Positions 13,208-23,161 are shown, numbered from the stretch's first letter. The stretch: DNA of 64,000 nt from Actinomycetota bacterium (GCA_039195375.1 JBCCVL010000002.1:16078-80077); one strand, 5' to 3'. The notes: generated from the letters alone by a model not told the origin. Translations and numbers: made by a program.

Positions 13208-13311
13208 CCGGTCGATCGGGCCCGTCGGTCGAGCCGGCCGCTCGGGCCCCGCGGTCGAGCCGGTCGATCGGGCCCGTCGGTCGAGCCGGCCGCTCGAGCC
13301 CCTCGGTCGAT
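13208..13311. repeat. Intergenic tandem repeat, 2 x 52 bp
   Basis: Copies at 13208-13259 and 13260-13311, both starting ccggtcgatcgggcccgtcggtcgagccggccgctcg, with 3 mismatches. Confidence 0.9.
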
Positions 13312-13331
13312 GGCCGGCCAACCGTTGCGGG

Positions 13332-14264
13332 CTACTCCTCGTTACGGAGGTAGCGGGCCAGCAGGCCGCCGCGGGCGTCGTCGCCACCATCGAGGAGCTC
13401 CGAAGCGTCCTCGACCTGCTCACCGAACCCGGCGATCTCGGAGGGCGACGGCGGGCCCGGCGGCACGGTCGTGGTGGCCGCAGCGGGGGTCGCAGCCGGG
13501 GCGGCGGGGGTGCTCGGCGCACCGCCGGCGAGGGCTTCGAGGCTCGAGGCCGGCTCGGACACAGCGGCGGCCGCGGCCGGCTGGGCACCGGTCGAGGCGA
13601 TCGTAGCGGCTGCGCCGGCGGTGGCGCCAGCACCAGCGGTGGCGGCCGGAGCGGTGCCAGCGGCCGCCGGAGCAGCAGCTCGTCCGGTCTCGGCGGCCGG
13701 ACGGCTGCGGCGGTACGAACCGACCGGCTCGGTCACGTTGACCAGCATCCGCTCGGCCAGATCCTTGATCCGGCGGCTGCCCTCGACCTCGCCGAGCGAC
13801 AGGCGATCACACACGTGCGAGGCCGGGCACCCGGTGCCGACGGTCATGAGGGTGGCCCACTCGTCGCGGCTGACGGTGACCTCGTCGCTCGGCAGTTCGA
13901 GCACCGGCACCACCTGATGGTTGAGGCTGGGGACGACGGCCTCGATGGCCCGCCAGTCCTGGAGTCGGGCCTCGGCGTTGGCCAGCACGGTCGAGACGTT
14001 CTCGATGACGTCGTCAGGCGAGACCTCCCGGTGGGTGAAGGTGAACGTCCCGTCGTCGTAGCGGAGCAGCTCGAACATGATGTCCTCGAGTTCGGTGCCG
14101 TTTGCGGTGAAGCTGGCACTGCCGTTGACCAGCCGACCCTCGTGGAACATCAGGCTCCCGGTTCCCCGGTTGCCGGCGATTTCGAGCTGACCGGTCTTCG
14201 AGGTGCCGGACAGCAGTCCCAACACCTCGTCGAGGGCGAAGTTCTCGAGCGAACCCTGGAGCAT
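13332..14264 (-). CDS. DUF4388 (PatA-N-like) domain protein with Ala/Pro-rich tail
   Basis: MLQGSLENFALDEVLGLL..SKTGQL..G.FTF is the typical DUF4388 N-terminus; GGAGG SD upstream. Confidence 0.85.
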   Translation of the reverse strand: MLQGSLENFALDEVLGLLSGTSKTGQLEIAGNRGTGSLMFHEGRLVNGSASFTANGTELEDIMFELLRYDDGTFTFTHREVSPDDVIENVSTVLANAEARLQDWRAIEAVVPSLNHQVVPVLELPSDEVTVSRDEWATLMTVGTGCPASHVCDRLSLGEVEGSRRIKDLAERMLVNVTEPVGSYRRSRPAAETGRAAAPAAAGTAPAATAGAGATAGAAATIASTGAQPAAAAAVSEPASSLEALAGGAPSTPAAPAATPAAATTTVPPGPPSPSEIAGFGEQVEDASELLDGGDDARGGLLARYLRNEE

Positions 14265-14373
14265 GGTTACCTCCCACTATCGCCCGAACCACACCGGACG
14301 AGTCCTTTGGTACGCACAGCCCATCGGACGGTGCCAGCTGGAGTTGAGGCTCGATCGGCGGGATCGCCCGACG

Positions 14374-15234
14374 TCAGCGGTCGGCGGCCTCGACCGCCGC
14401 GGTCATGACCTCGATCGGTGCCGCGACCCCGGTCCACAGCTCGAACGCGAGCGCAGCCTGACCGACGAGCATGGCCACGCCGTTGTCGGTGGCGGCGCCG
14501 ACGGCCTCGGCCGCCATCAGCAGGGGGGTCCGCCTCGGCTGGTAGACGATGTCGACGACGCGGTGGTCGGCCCGCAGGCCGGCGGTCGGGATCGGGCAGC
14601 CCTCCGGGTCGGGGCCGCCGGCCATGCCGAGCGAGGTGGTGTTGACGACGACGTCGGCCGCCTCGACCTCGGCGTTCGTCGGGTCGACGACCCGGGCCCT
14701 CGTGGCCAGCGCAGCCACCGGCACCGCACGCTCGGGGGTCCGGTTGGTCACGGCGATCCCGGCCGCACCGGCCCGGCCGAGGGCCTCGACGATCGAGCGG
14801 GCCGCACCACCGGCCCCGGCGACGAGGAACGACAGACCCGCCGGCGGGCGGCCGAAGCGGTGCTCGAAGGCCCACACGAACCCGTCTCCGTCGGTCGAAT
14901 GGCCGACGATACGATCGCCGGTGCCGTCGCCGGAGGCGGGACCGCCGACCCGCTGCAGGCAGTTGGCCACGCCGAGGGCTGCGGCCGCGACCGACAGCTC
15001 GTCGGCGGCGGCGGCAACGGGGCCCTTGTGCGGCATGGTGACCGACAAGCCGTCGATACCGAGCGTTCGCATGGCGTCGACCGCCGCTGCGCCTCCTCCG
15101 GCGGGGACCGGTAGGGCCACGTAGACCCAGTCGAGTCCGAGATGGGCGAAGGCGGCGTTGTGGATGACCGGCGACAGCGAGTGACGAACCGGGTCGCCGA
15201 TGACGCCGGCCAGCCGGGTCACGCCGGTGATCAT
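14374..15234 (-). CDS. aroE: Shikimate dehydrogenase
   Basis: GDPVRHSLSPVIHN, SVTMPHK, STDGDG, GAGGAA, DIVYQP, MLVGQA; start moved to ATG 15234. Confidence 0.95.
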   Translation of the reverse strand: MITGVTRLAGVIGDPVRHSLSPVIHNAAFAHLGLDWVYVALPVPAGGGAAAVDAMRTLGIDGLSVTMPHKGPVAAAADELSVAAAALGVANCLQRVGGPASGDGTGDRIVGHSTDGDGFVWAFEHRFGRPPAGLSFLVAGAGGAARSIVEALGRAGAAGIAVTNRTPERAVPVAALATRARVVDPTNAEVEAADVVVNTTSLGMAGGPDPEGCPIPTAGLRADHRVVDIVYQPRRTPLLMAAEAVGAATDNGVAMLVGQAALAFELWTGVAAPIEVMTAAVEAADR

Positions 15235-15304
15235 CGGGCGCTCGGCGGTCGACGCCCGGTCGTGGTCCGCCGACGGCCCGACGTCATCCGTGCATCGCCG
15301 GACG

Positions 15305-16465
15305 TCACCCGTCCAGCAGGCCCTTCTCCCTGGCGATGGCGACGTTGGCGTTGTGCTCATCGAGGGTGGTGGCGAACGCATGGTTGCCTTCCTCGTCGAT
15401 CAGCACGTAGAACAGCCAGGGTCCCGGGGTCGGGTTCATCGCCGCTTCGAGCGACGCCCGGCCTGGTGCGGCGATCGGCGTCGGCGGGAGTCCCGTGATC
15501 TCGGGGTGGCGGGTGTTGTACGGCGTCGGGGTGTCGAGCTGCTCCCTGGTCGGCACCTCACCGCGGATCCCGTTCTCATAGATCAGCGTGGCGTCGATGC
15601 CGAGCGGGATGCCCTCGGCCAGCCGGTTGTGGATCACCCGGGAGATGCGGGCCCGGTCGCCCTCGGTCTTGGCCTCGGCCTCGATCAGCGAGGCGATGAT
15701 GATGACCTCGTAGGCCGACAGGTTGAAGGTCCGCTCGGCTGCGCCGTAACCGAGTTCGCCGGTGACCTTGGCGAACTCGTTGCTCATCTTGGCCAGGACC
15801 TCCTCCGCGGTGATGTCCTGCTCGATGAAGTACTTGGCCGGGAACAGCAGGCCCTCCCACGAGACGTTGCCGGTCGGCCGATAGCGGGGCTGGACCGCCC
15901 CGGAGTCGAGCGCGGTCCGCAACTGGGCCACGGTGATGCCCGGGATCTGGGCCGCCGTCCGGTCGAGGATCTCGTTGACCCACAGGCCCTCGGGGACGAT
16001 GAACTCGCCGTACTCGATCTGCTTGGGGCCGAGCTGGAGGATGGCGATGGCCTCGTCGGCCGACATGTTCTCCTGCATCGTGTACTCACCGGCCTGGAAG
16101 TTGCCCTCGTCCTGCCACTCTGCGTAGTAGCGGAAGAACGTCGAGTTGGGGATGACGCCGGCCGCCTCGAGCGTCGACGCGATGTCGCCGGTGGTCGAGC
16201 CGACCTCGATCGTGACCGGGACCTCACCACGGGGCTCGCCATCGGGGTCGAGCTGCGCTGCGAACCAGTTCCGGGCGGTGGTGAAGATCACGAAACCGAT
16301 CACGGCGAGGATGACGGCGGCGACGACGGCCCGAAGGATGCGGAGCCCGGCCGGCCGCGACCGGACGAACTGGCTCTCGTCCTGCCACTCCAGCTGGTCG
16401 AGACCGACCTCGTCGACGGCGAGATCGTGTTCGGCCCGGCTGCCGGGTTCGTCGAGGTACGTCAC
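15305..16465 (-). CDS. mltG: Endolytic transglycosylase MltG
   Basis: Single TM segment, EGLLFPAKY, ASLIEAEA, PYNTR, LPPTPIAAPG. Confidence 0.95.
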   Translation of the reverse strand: MTYLDEPGSRAEHDLAVDEVGLDQLEWQDESQFVRSRPAGLRILRAVVAAVILAVIGFVIFTTARNWFAAQLDPDGEPRGEVPVTIEVGSTTGDIASTLEAAGVIPNSTFFRYYAEWQDEGNFQAGEYTMQENMSADEAIAILQLGPKQIEYGEFIVPEGLWVNEILDRTAAQIPGITVAQLRTALDSGAVQPRYRPTGNVSWEGLLFPAKYFIEQDITAEEVLAKMSNEFAKVTGELGYGAAERTFNLSAYEVIIIASLIEAEAKTEGDRARISRVIHNRLAEGIPLGIDATLIYENGIRGEVPTREQLDTPTPYNTRHPEITGLPPTPIAAPGRASLEAAMNPTPGPWLFYVLIDEEGNHAFATTLDEHNANVAIAREKGLLDG

Positions 16466-16539
16466 CGGGCCATCCTAGTCACGCCGCCACCGGGGAACGG
16501 CGCGCCGGGCCAGAACCCCCGGGATGGTCGCCGACCGGG

Positions 16540-17007
16540 CTAGTTCGGGTCGCCGTGCTCCCGTTCTCCGGCCCGGGCGGCCAGCCACGCTTCGAGGATC
16601 ACGGCGGCCGCCAGCTGGTCGACGACCTCCCGCCGTCTCGGGCCGCGCACGCCGCTCTGGTCGAGCTTGGCCTCGGCGGTCACGGTACTCAGTCGCTCGT
16701 CGTGGGTCTCGATCGGCACGCCGAGCACCCGGCGAAGCGCCTTCACCTCGGTGAGGATGGCCTTGGCCGCCGGACCAACCGAGCCGTCGAGCGACAGGGG
16801 CAGGCCGGCGACGACGCCGACGGCGCCGGCCTCGGCGACGACCGACGCCAACTCGGCGTGGTCGTCGGGACGGTGGCCGGTCCGGTTCACGGTCCGGTGG
16901 GGGGTCACGACGGTCCGGCCGTCGTCGGTGACGGCGACCCCGATGCGCTTGCGGCCGAGGTCGAGAGCCAGGACCCGACCATCGGGCGGGATCGGCGGCC
17001 TGCTCAG
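16540..17007 (-). CDS. ruvX: RuvX/YqgF family nuclease (start uncertain)
   Basis: Extending the frame upstream of the ORF-track start gives RVLALDLGRKRIGVA; also GLPLSLDG, DERLST, VDQLAAAVIL; alaS-ruvX-mltG order. Confidence 0.9.
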   Translation of the reverse strand: MSRPPIPPDGRVLALDLGRKRIGVAVTDDGRTVVTPHRTVNRTGHRPDDHAELASVVAEAGAVGVVAGLPLSLDGSVGPAAKAILTEVKALRRVLGVPIETHDERLSTVTAEAKLDQSGVRGPRRREVVDQLAAAVILEAWLAARAGEREHGDPN

Positions 17008-19598
17008 GACCCGATACCCGCGGCCTGGCGGGCCAGGTCGAGGGCCTGGTCGACGCCGCCGGGATCCTTGCCGCCGGCCTGGGCCAGGTCGGCGCCCTTG
17101 CCGCCGCCGCCCTTGATGGCCTTGGCCCCATCGGCGATCAGCGCGCCGGCCTCGACCGGGCTACCGGATTCGACGGCCGCGACGAGGCTGGCCCCGCCGC
17201 CGTCGGCCTCGCCACCCAGGACGACCATGCGGATCCCGTCACGGTCGCGCAGCGCCACCGCCAGGTCCTTCAACTGGTCGCGGGCCATGCCGTCGAGGCG
17301 GGCGACGACCACGCCGTCGACCGCACCGCCGGCCAGCTCGCCGGCCTGGTTGGCGGCGAGCCGGCCCTGCATCGCCTTGAGCTCGTTGCGGAGCTCGGTC
17401 ATCTCGTCGAGCCGCTTGGCCAGCCCGTCGATGACGTCGCCCCGCGGCACGTTGAGCAGGTCGGCGGCCCGGTCGATCGTCGCCTGCTCGTCGCGCAGCA
17501 TCTCGACGGCCCGGACGCCGGTCACCGCCTCGACCCGCCGGAGGTTCGACCCGATCGAGCCCTCGCTGATGATCTTCAGCAGGCCGATGTCACCGAGGGC
17601 GGTCACGTGGGTGCCGCCGCAGAACTCGAGCGTCGGCCCAGCGAACATGACCCGGACCCGGTCGCCGTATTTGTCGCCGAAGAAGGCGATGGCGCCGAGG
17701 GCCTCGGCCTCGGCCTTGGTCATCTCCGGATGGTCGGTTGCGGTGTTCTCGAGGATCATCGCATTGACCCGGTCCTCGATCTCGGCCAGCTGCTCCGGGG
17801 TCAGCGGGTCGAAGTGGCTGAAGTCGAACCGGAGCCGGTCGGGGCCGACGTAGGAGCCCTGCTGCTTCACGTGGTCGCCGAGCACCTCCCGGAGCGCATG
17901 GTGGAGCAGGTGGGTGGCGGTGTGGTTGCGCCTGATGGCGTCGCGCCGCTCGACGTCGATCGAGATGCCGGCGAGCTGGCCGGGGAGGATCTCGCCATCG
18001 GTGACCTCGATGACGTGGCGGTGGACGCCAGGGACGGCGAACACGGTGTCGAGCAGCACGGCCTGGCCGGTGTCGGTCACGATGACGCCGGAGTCGCCGA
18101 TCTGACCGCCGGACTCGGCGTAGGCTGGAGTGCGGTTGGTGAAGACCGACACGGTCCCGGTGCCGAGCCCGGTGACGAGCAGGATGTCGGCCTCGACGTC
18201 GGTCAGCGTGTGCCCCATCGACTCGCGGCCGATGAAGTCGGTCTGGCCTCCGGTCTCGACGATCGACTGGACCTGCTCGAAGTCGGCGGCCTGGACGACG
18301 TTCCTGCGGGCCTCCTTCGCCCGCTTGCGCTGCTCGGCCATGTCGGCGTCGAACCCCGCACGGTCGACGGAGTAGCCGCGCTCGGCGACGACCTCCTCGG
18401 TGACCTCGAACGGGAAGCCGTAGGTGTCGTGGAGCAGGAAGGCGACGGAGCCGGGCAGCTCGCCGCCTGGCTCGAGGTCGGCCAGTCGCTGGTCGAGGAT
18501 CGACGAACCCGACGCCAGCGTGCGCCGGAACTGGGTCTCCTCCCGCTCGACGACCGAGCGGACCAGGTCGTGGGTGGTGACCAGCTGCGGGTAGTCGGGG
18601 CCCATGATCTCGACGACCGTGTCGACCAGCCGGGGGGCGACCAGATCCTCGACGCCGAGGAGGTAGGCGAAGCGGATGGCGCGGCGCATGATGCGGCGCA
18701 GCACGAAGCCGCGGTCCTCGTTCGACGGGAACACGCCGTCGCTGATGAGGAAGGTCATCGTGCGGGCGTGCTCGGCCAGCACCCGGAGGGCGAGGTCGGA
18801 GTTGTCGTCGGCGCCGAGGGTGTAGCCGGTGATCTCCTCGGCCGCGGCGACCAGGCGGGCCATCTCGTCGATCTCGAAGACCGTGTTCTTGCCCTGCAGC
18901 ACCATCAGGATGCGCTCCAGGCCGGCCCCGGTGTCGATCGACGGCTTCGGCAGTGGATGGGAGGCGCCGGACTCGTCGGTCTCGAACTGCATGAAGACGA
19001 GGTTCCAGATCTCGATGAACCGGTCTTCGCCGCCGTGCTCGGGACCGCCGTCCTCGCCGAACTCGGGGCCCATGTCGTAGAAGATCTCCGAACACGGCCC
19101 GTTCGGGCCGGTGTCGGCCATCCGCCACCAGTTGTCCTCGTCGAGGCGCTGGATCCGCTCGGACGGCACGCCGACCTCGTTCTCCCAGATCTCGGCCGCC
19201 TCGTCGTCGGTCAGGTGGACGGTGACCCACAGGCGGTCAGGGTCGAGGCCGAAGACCTCGGTGACCAGCTCCCAGGCCATCGGGATGGCCTGCTCCTTGA
19301 AGTAGTCGCCGAAGCTGAAGTTGCCGAGCATCTCGAAGAAGGTGAGGTGGCGGGTGGTGCGGCCGACCTCGTCGAGATCGTTGTGCTTCCCGCCGGCCCG
19401 CACGCACTTCTGGACGGTGACCGCCCGGTTGTGCTCCGGCTTCTCCTCGCCGAGGAAGTACGGCTTGAAGGGGACCATCCCCGAGTTCACGAACAACAGG
19501 GTCTGGTCGTGTGGGATCAAGCTGGCCGAGGCGATCTGGTGGTGCTCGCGCTCGACGAAGAAGTCGGTAAACACCCTGCGGAGCTCGTTGGCCTTCAC
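17004..19598 (-). CDS. alaS: Alanine--tRNA ligase
   Basis: NSGMVPFKPYF, QKCVRAGGKHNDL, EIWNLVFMQ, HTATH, EFCGGTH; GTG 19598 chosen as start. Confidence 0.98.
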   Translation of the reverse strand: MKANELRRVFTDFFVEREHHQIASASLIPHDQTLLFVNSGMVPFKPYFLGEEKPEHNRAVTVQKCVRAGGKHNDLDEVGRTTRHLTFFEMLGNFSFGDYFKEQAIPMAWELVTEVFGLDPDRLWVTVHLTDDEAAEIWENEVGVPSERIQRLDEDNWWRMADTGPNGPCSEIFYDMGPEFGEDGGPEHGGEDRFIEIWNLVFMQFETDESGASHPLPKPSIDTGAGLERILMVLQGKNTVFEIDEMARLVAAAEEITGYTLGADDNSDLALRVLAEHARTMTFLISDGVFPSNEDRGFVLRRIMRRAIRFAYLLGVEDLVAPRLVDTVVEIMGPDYPQLVTTHDLVRSVVEREETQFRRTLASGSSILDQRLADLEPGGELPGSVAFLLHDTYGFPFEVTEEVVAERGYSVDRAGFDADMAEQRKRAKEARRNVVQAADFEQVQSIVETGGQTDFIGRESMGHTLTDVEADILLVTGLGTGTVSVFTNRTPAYAESGGQIGDSGVIVTDTGQAVLLDTVFAVPGVHRHVIEVTDGEILPGQLAGISIDVERRDAIRRNHTATHLLHHALREVLGDHVKQQGSYVGPDRLRFDFSHFDPLTPEQLAEIEDRVNAMILENTATDHPEMTKAEAEALGAIAFFGDKYGDRVRVMFAGPTLEFCGGTHVTALGDIGLLKIISEGSIGSNLRRVEAVTGVRAVEMLRDEQATIDRAADLLNVPRGDVIDGLAKRLDEMTELRNELKAMQGRLAANQAGELAGGAVDGVVVARLDGMARDQLKDLAVALRDRDGIRMVVLGGEADGGGASLVAAVESGSPVEAGALIADGAKAIKGGGGKGADLAQAGGKDPGGVDQALDLARQAAGIGS

Positions 19599-19686
19599 CG
19601 AGACCACACTACCGGCGGGCCCCGAGCGGCCCGACCGAATATGAACCGCTCGTAACGTTGTCGGACGAGGCCGTGCGCCGCGGCGC

Positions 19687-20343
19687 TCAGCGGTCCCAGG
19701 GGCGCCGGGGTCGCTGGTACGTGCGCTGGACGCGGGCGACGGGCGAGGCAGCCAGCCGCCGGGGAGCCCGGAAGCGTCCGCGCCGAATCGGCTCCGGTGG
19801 CTCGGCGATCGGTGCGGCCGCCTCGACGTCGATCACGTTGTCCGGCTCGTTGCGGCGATCGAGCAGCGCGTCGTCGGCCGCGGTCCGCCCCCGGCTGTGA
19901 CGCAGCATCTCGGACCGCAGCTCGCGATGGGCCCGGTCGGTCTCGTCACGGACCTCGAACCCGAACCGCTCCCCAAGGGCCCGCCCCGCGGACACCGGAC
20001 GAGGACGGGCATCGACCACCTCGGCCGCCCGGTCGAAGACGCCGGCGACCCGACGACGGCCCCGATCGGCGGCCCGGGTCGCCTGTCCGGCGCCGGTGGC
20101 GACGCGGCGGGCCGAGCGGCCGGCCACCACGGCCTGACCGCCGCGGCGGAGCGGGTCGCCGGGCATGGCGTCGAGGGCCATCACCACTCGATCGGGCAGC
20201 TTCTGCTCCAACTCGCTGGATGCCTCGTCGACCCGCCGTGATCCGTCGCGACGCAGCAGGGTGCGGGCGGCGGCGGCCAACGCCATCCACCCGAGGCGGC
20301 GGCCGAGCAGCCGCCACAGCCGACGGGCAACGAAGCCGATCAT
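19687..20343 (-). CDS. Hypothetical Arg-rich protein
   Basis: Start overlaps the stop of the upstream gene (ATGA) and the ORF fills the gap before alaS; no motif recognised. Confidence 0.65.
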   Translation of the reverse strand: MIGFVARRLWRLLGRRLGWMALAAAARTLLRRDGSRRVDEASSELEQKLPDRVVMALDAMPGDPLRRGGQAVVAGRSARRVATGAGQATRAADRGRRRVAGVFDRAAEVVDARPRPVSAGRALGERFGFEVRDETDRAHRELRSEMLRHSRGRTAADDALLDRRNEPDNVIDVEAAAPIAEPPEPIRRGRFRAPRRLAASPVARVQRTYQRPRRPWDR

Positions 20344-20762
20344 CGGCGCAACTCGCCAGCGGCCGGGGCGCCGGCCGTCAGCTCGGGCTCACCCCGGTTG
20401 CGGCGACGCCGGCCCCACAGCCAGGCCCGGGCCACCCGGCTCGTGCCGGAGGCGACGGCCAGGCCACGGATCACCGGGTCCTGGACCGCCTCGTGGGTGC
20501 GGCGGCTGGTCTCGGAGATGTGGGTGGTGGCCTGGTCGGCGCGGTCGAGGACCAGGTCGACCTTGTCGAGCTCGGCGTCGGCGTCGGCCACCAGCTGCCG
20601 CAGCTCCCGGAAGGCCGCAATCCCCTCGTCTCGGAGCTGGTGGGCGGTGTCCTCGAGCTTGGCCAGGCTGCGGTTGAGGTTGTTGACCGCCGTGATCAGG
20701 AACACAGCGGTCACGACGACCGCCAGGGTCACGATCAGCGCCGCCACCTCGACCAGGGTCAT
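20340..20762 (-). CDS. DUF948-like membrane-anchored coiled-coil protein
   Basis: N-terminal TM segment followed by a heptad-like helix; coupled to rarA (ATGA). Confidence 0.75.
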   Translation of the reverse strand: MTLVEVAALIVTLAVVVTAVFLITAVNNLNRSLAKLEDTAHQLRDEGIAAFRELRQLVADADAELDKVDLVLDRADQATTHISETSRRTHEAVQDPVIRGLAVASGTSRVARAWLWGRRRRNRGEPELTAGAPAAGELRR

Positions 20763-22108
20763 GGCGTGCCCTCGCTGTCTCCCATGTCGTGCTCCAGTCG
20801 GGCCAGCCGCTCGGCGATCCCGGCCTCCTCGCCGTGGTTCGAAGGCAGGTAGTACCGGCGCTCGCGCACCTCGTCGGGCTTGTACTGCTGGGCCACGTGG
20901 CCCGTCGGGTCGTCATGAGGATAGCGGTAGCCCTCGCCGTGCCCGAGCGAGGCCGCTCCCCGGTACGACGCATCCCGCAGGTGCATCGGCACCTCCCCGG
21001 CCGGCAGGTCCTGCACGTCGGCCACCGCACGGTTGAGGCCCATGTAGGCGGTGTTCGACTTCGGCGACGTGGCCAGGTGGACGGTGGCGTGGGCCAGGTT
21101 GATCCTGGCCTCGGGCAGACCGACGTAGTCGACGGCCTGCGCCGCCGCCGTGGCAACCGAGAGCGCCGTGTGATCGGCGAGGCCGATGTCCTCCGACGCC
21201 GCGATCACCAGCCGGCGGGCGATGAACCGGGGATCCTCGCCAGCGGCAAGCATCCGGGCCAGCCAGTAGAGGGCGGCGTCGGGGTCCGTACCCCGGATGC
21301 TCTTGATGAAGGCGCTGATGATGTCGTAGTGCTCGTCCCGGCCGTAGCGCAGGGCCTTGAGGTCGGTGGCGGCCTCGGCCTCACCGAGGGTGACCCGGAC
21401 GGGCCCGGCGCTCCCGTCGGCGTCGGCGTCGGCGGACGCACGGACCTCGGCCAGGGCGATCGCCACCTCGAGCGTGGTCAGGACCTGGCGTCCGTCGCCG
21501 GCGGCCCGTGAGGCCAGGTAGGCGATCGCATCGGGCTCGGCCGTGACCGACTCGATCTCGAGGCCCCGCTCGATCAGGGTCGCCAGGTCGTCCTCGCTGA
21601 GCGCCTCGAGCCGGAACAGGGTCGAGCGGCTCCGCAGCGGTGCGTTGACCTCGAAGAACGGGTTCTCGGTGGTGGCTCCGATGAGGGTCAGCACCCCCGA
21701 CTCGACCGCAGGCAGGAGCGCGTCCTGCTGGGCCTTGTTGAAGCGGTGGACCTCGTCGAGGAACAGGATCGTGCCCCGGTCGTTGGCGCCGAGCCGCTCC
21801 TCGGCCGCGGCGATGACCTCCCGCACGTCCTTGACGGTGGCGTTGACGGCCGACAGCTGGACGAACTCCTTCGATGAGTCCCGGGCGACGAGCCGGGCCA
21901 GCGTCGTCTTCCCGGTGCCAGCTGGACCCCACAGGATGGCCGACGACAGCCGGTCGGCCTCGACCAGGCGCCGCAGGGCACCGTCCGGCCCGAGCAGGTG
22001 GCGCTGCCCGACCACGTCGTCGAGCGAACGGGGACGGAGCCGGCTGGCCAGCGGCGACCGGGAGGCGAGCCGCTCCTCGGCTGCCGCTGCGAACAGATCG
22101 TCGGGCAA
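20759..22108 (-). CDS. rarA: Replication-associated recombination protein A (MgsA)
   Basis: GPAGTGKTT, LDEVHRFNKAQQD, GATTENP, SAFIKSIRG, ASEDIG. Confidence 0.96.
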   Translation of the reverse strand: MPDDLFAAAAEERLASRSPLASRLRPRSLDDVVGQRHLLGPDGALRRLVEADRLSSAILWGPAGTGKTTLARLVARDSSKEFVQLSAVNATVKDVREVIAAAEERLGANDRGTILFLDEVHRFNKAQQDALLPAVESGVLTLIGATTENPFFEVNAPLRSRSTLFRLEALSEDDLATLIERGLEIESVTAEPDAIAYLASRAAGDGRQVLTTLEVAIALAEVRASADADADGSAGPVRVTLGEAEAATDLKALRYGRDEHYDIISAFIKSIRGTDPDAALYWLARMLAAGEDPRFIARRLVIAASEDIGLADHTALSVATAAAQAVDYVGLPEARINLAHATVHLATSPKSNTAYMGLNRAVADVQDLPAGEVPMHLRDASYRGAASLGHGEGYRYPHDDPTGHVAQQYKPDEVRERRYYLPSNHGEEAGIAERLARLEHDMGDSEGTP

Positions 22109-22291
22109 CCGCTTCTCCCCGTCTCCGTGCTCGTGGCCCTGCTCGACCGCCTGGCTGACGGTCGCGCTCGACCCTAGCGGCCGTGATCACCACCCGGGCG
22201 GGCTCCCGGGGTGTGAGCCCATCCGGGGCCCATCGACGGCCCGCCACGGACCCCGACGCTCGGCGTCGGTCCGCGGTGGAATACTGACGCC

Positions 22292-22996
22292 ATGAATCGG
22301 ACCGACCGCCTCTACGCCATCGTCGAGGAACTGCGGGCATCGGCGCCGGCGTCGCAGACGGCCAGGGAGCTTGGCCAGCGCTACGAGGTGTCGACCCGCA
22401 CGATCGAGCGGGACATCCTCGCCCTCCAGGAGGCCGGTGTCCCGATCCGGGGCGCAGCCGGACGTCGGGGTGGCTACTCGATCGACCGGACGAGGACCCT
22501 CCCGCCGGTCAACTTCAGCCCGACCGAGGCCCTGGCCATGGCCGTCGCCCTGTCAGACGACACCGGCCCCTTCGCCGCCGCCGGGCGCTCGGCCCGCAAC
22601 AAGGTGCTGGCGGCGATGTCGGCCGCCGACCTGGAGGCGACCCGCACCATGGCGGCCCGGGTCCGTCGCTACCAGCGCCCGCGGGCAGGCGGCTCGCTGC
22701 CCCAGGTGCCCCTCACGGTCCAGCGGGCGATCACCGAGCAGCTCGTGGTGGCCATCGACTACCTCGACAGCCAGTCGGTCGCATCGAGGCGTGAGGTCGA
22801 GCCGGTCGGCGTCGTCGCCGTCGACGACGACTGGTACCTCGTCGGGTGGTGCCGGCTGCGCGACGACGCCCGCTCGTTCCGGCTCGACCGGATCCACGGT
22901 GCCGAGCTGACCGGCGACGCCGCCCCGGTCCGGGACCCGGACCGCTTCCTCGAGTTCCTGCCCGGCCTGCTCCAGCAGCCCGACATCTTCGGCTGA
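22292..22996 (+). CDS. YafY-type HTH-WYL transcriptional regulator (short form)
   Basis: MNRTDRL, EVSTRTIERDI winged HTH, and WYLVGWCRLRDDARSFRLDRI. Confidence 0.93.
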   Translation: MNRTDRLYAIVEELRASAPASQTARELGQRYEVSTRTIERDILALQEAGVPIRGAAGRRGGYSIDRTRTLPPVNFSPTEALAMAVALSDDTGPFAAAGRSARNKVLAAMSAADLEATRTMAARVRRYQRPRAGGSLPQVPLTVQRAITEQLVVAIDYLDSQSVASRREVEPVGVVAVDDDWYLVGWCRLRDDARSFRLDRIHGAELTGDAAPVRDPDRFLEFLPGLLQQPDIFG

Positions 22997-23024
22997 GGGC
23001 GTCCCGGCCGTATCGGGGTCGAAT

Positions 23025-23103
23025 CCCGACAGGACGGTGTCGGGGTTGACCGGGAACTTTCCGGATTCGCCGACGAGGGGCTGTCGGCGGCCTGGTTCAG
23101 GGT
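23025..23103 (+). promoter_or_regulatory. Two palindromic operators and a TGTCGG-N10-(-10) promoter upstream of the VOC gene
   Basis: CCCGACA-N6-TGTCGGG (23025-23044) and CGCCGACG-N6-TGTCGGCG (23068-23089); the second TGTCGG is followed by 10 nt and CAGGGT. Confidence 0.7.
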
Positions 23104-23161
23104 GTTGGCACGGGACCACAACGCAGCGTCCCGGTCACCGACACCAACAAGGAGTGCACCA

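Noticed and set aside
13208-13311. Possible CRISPR array
   Set aside because: Only two abutting copies, no unique spacers and no cas genes in the window.
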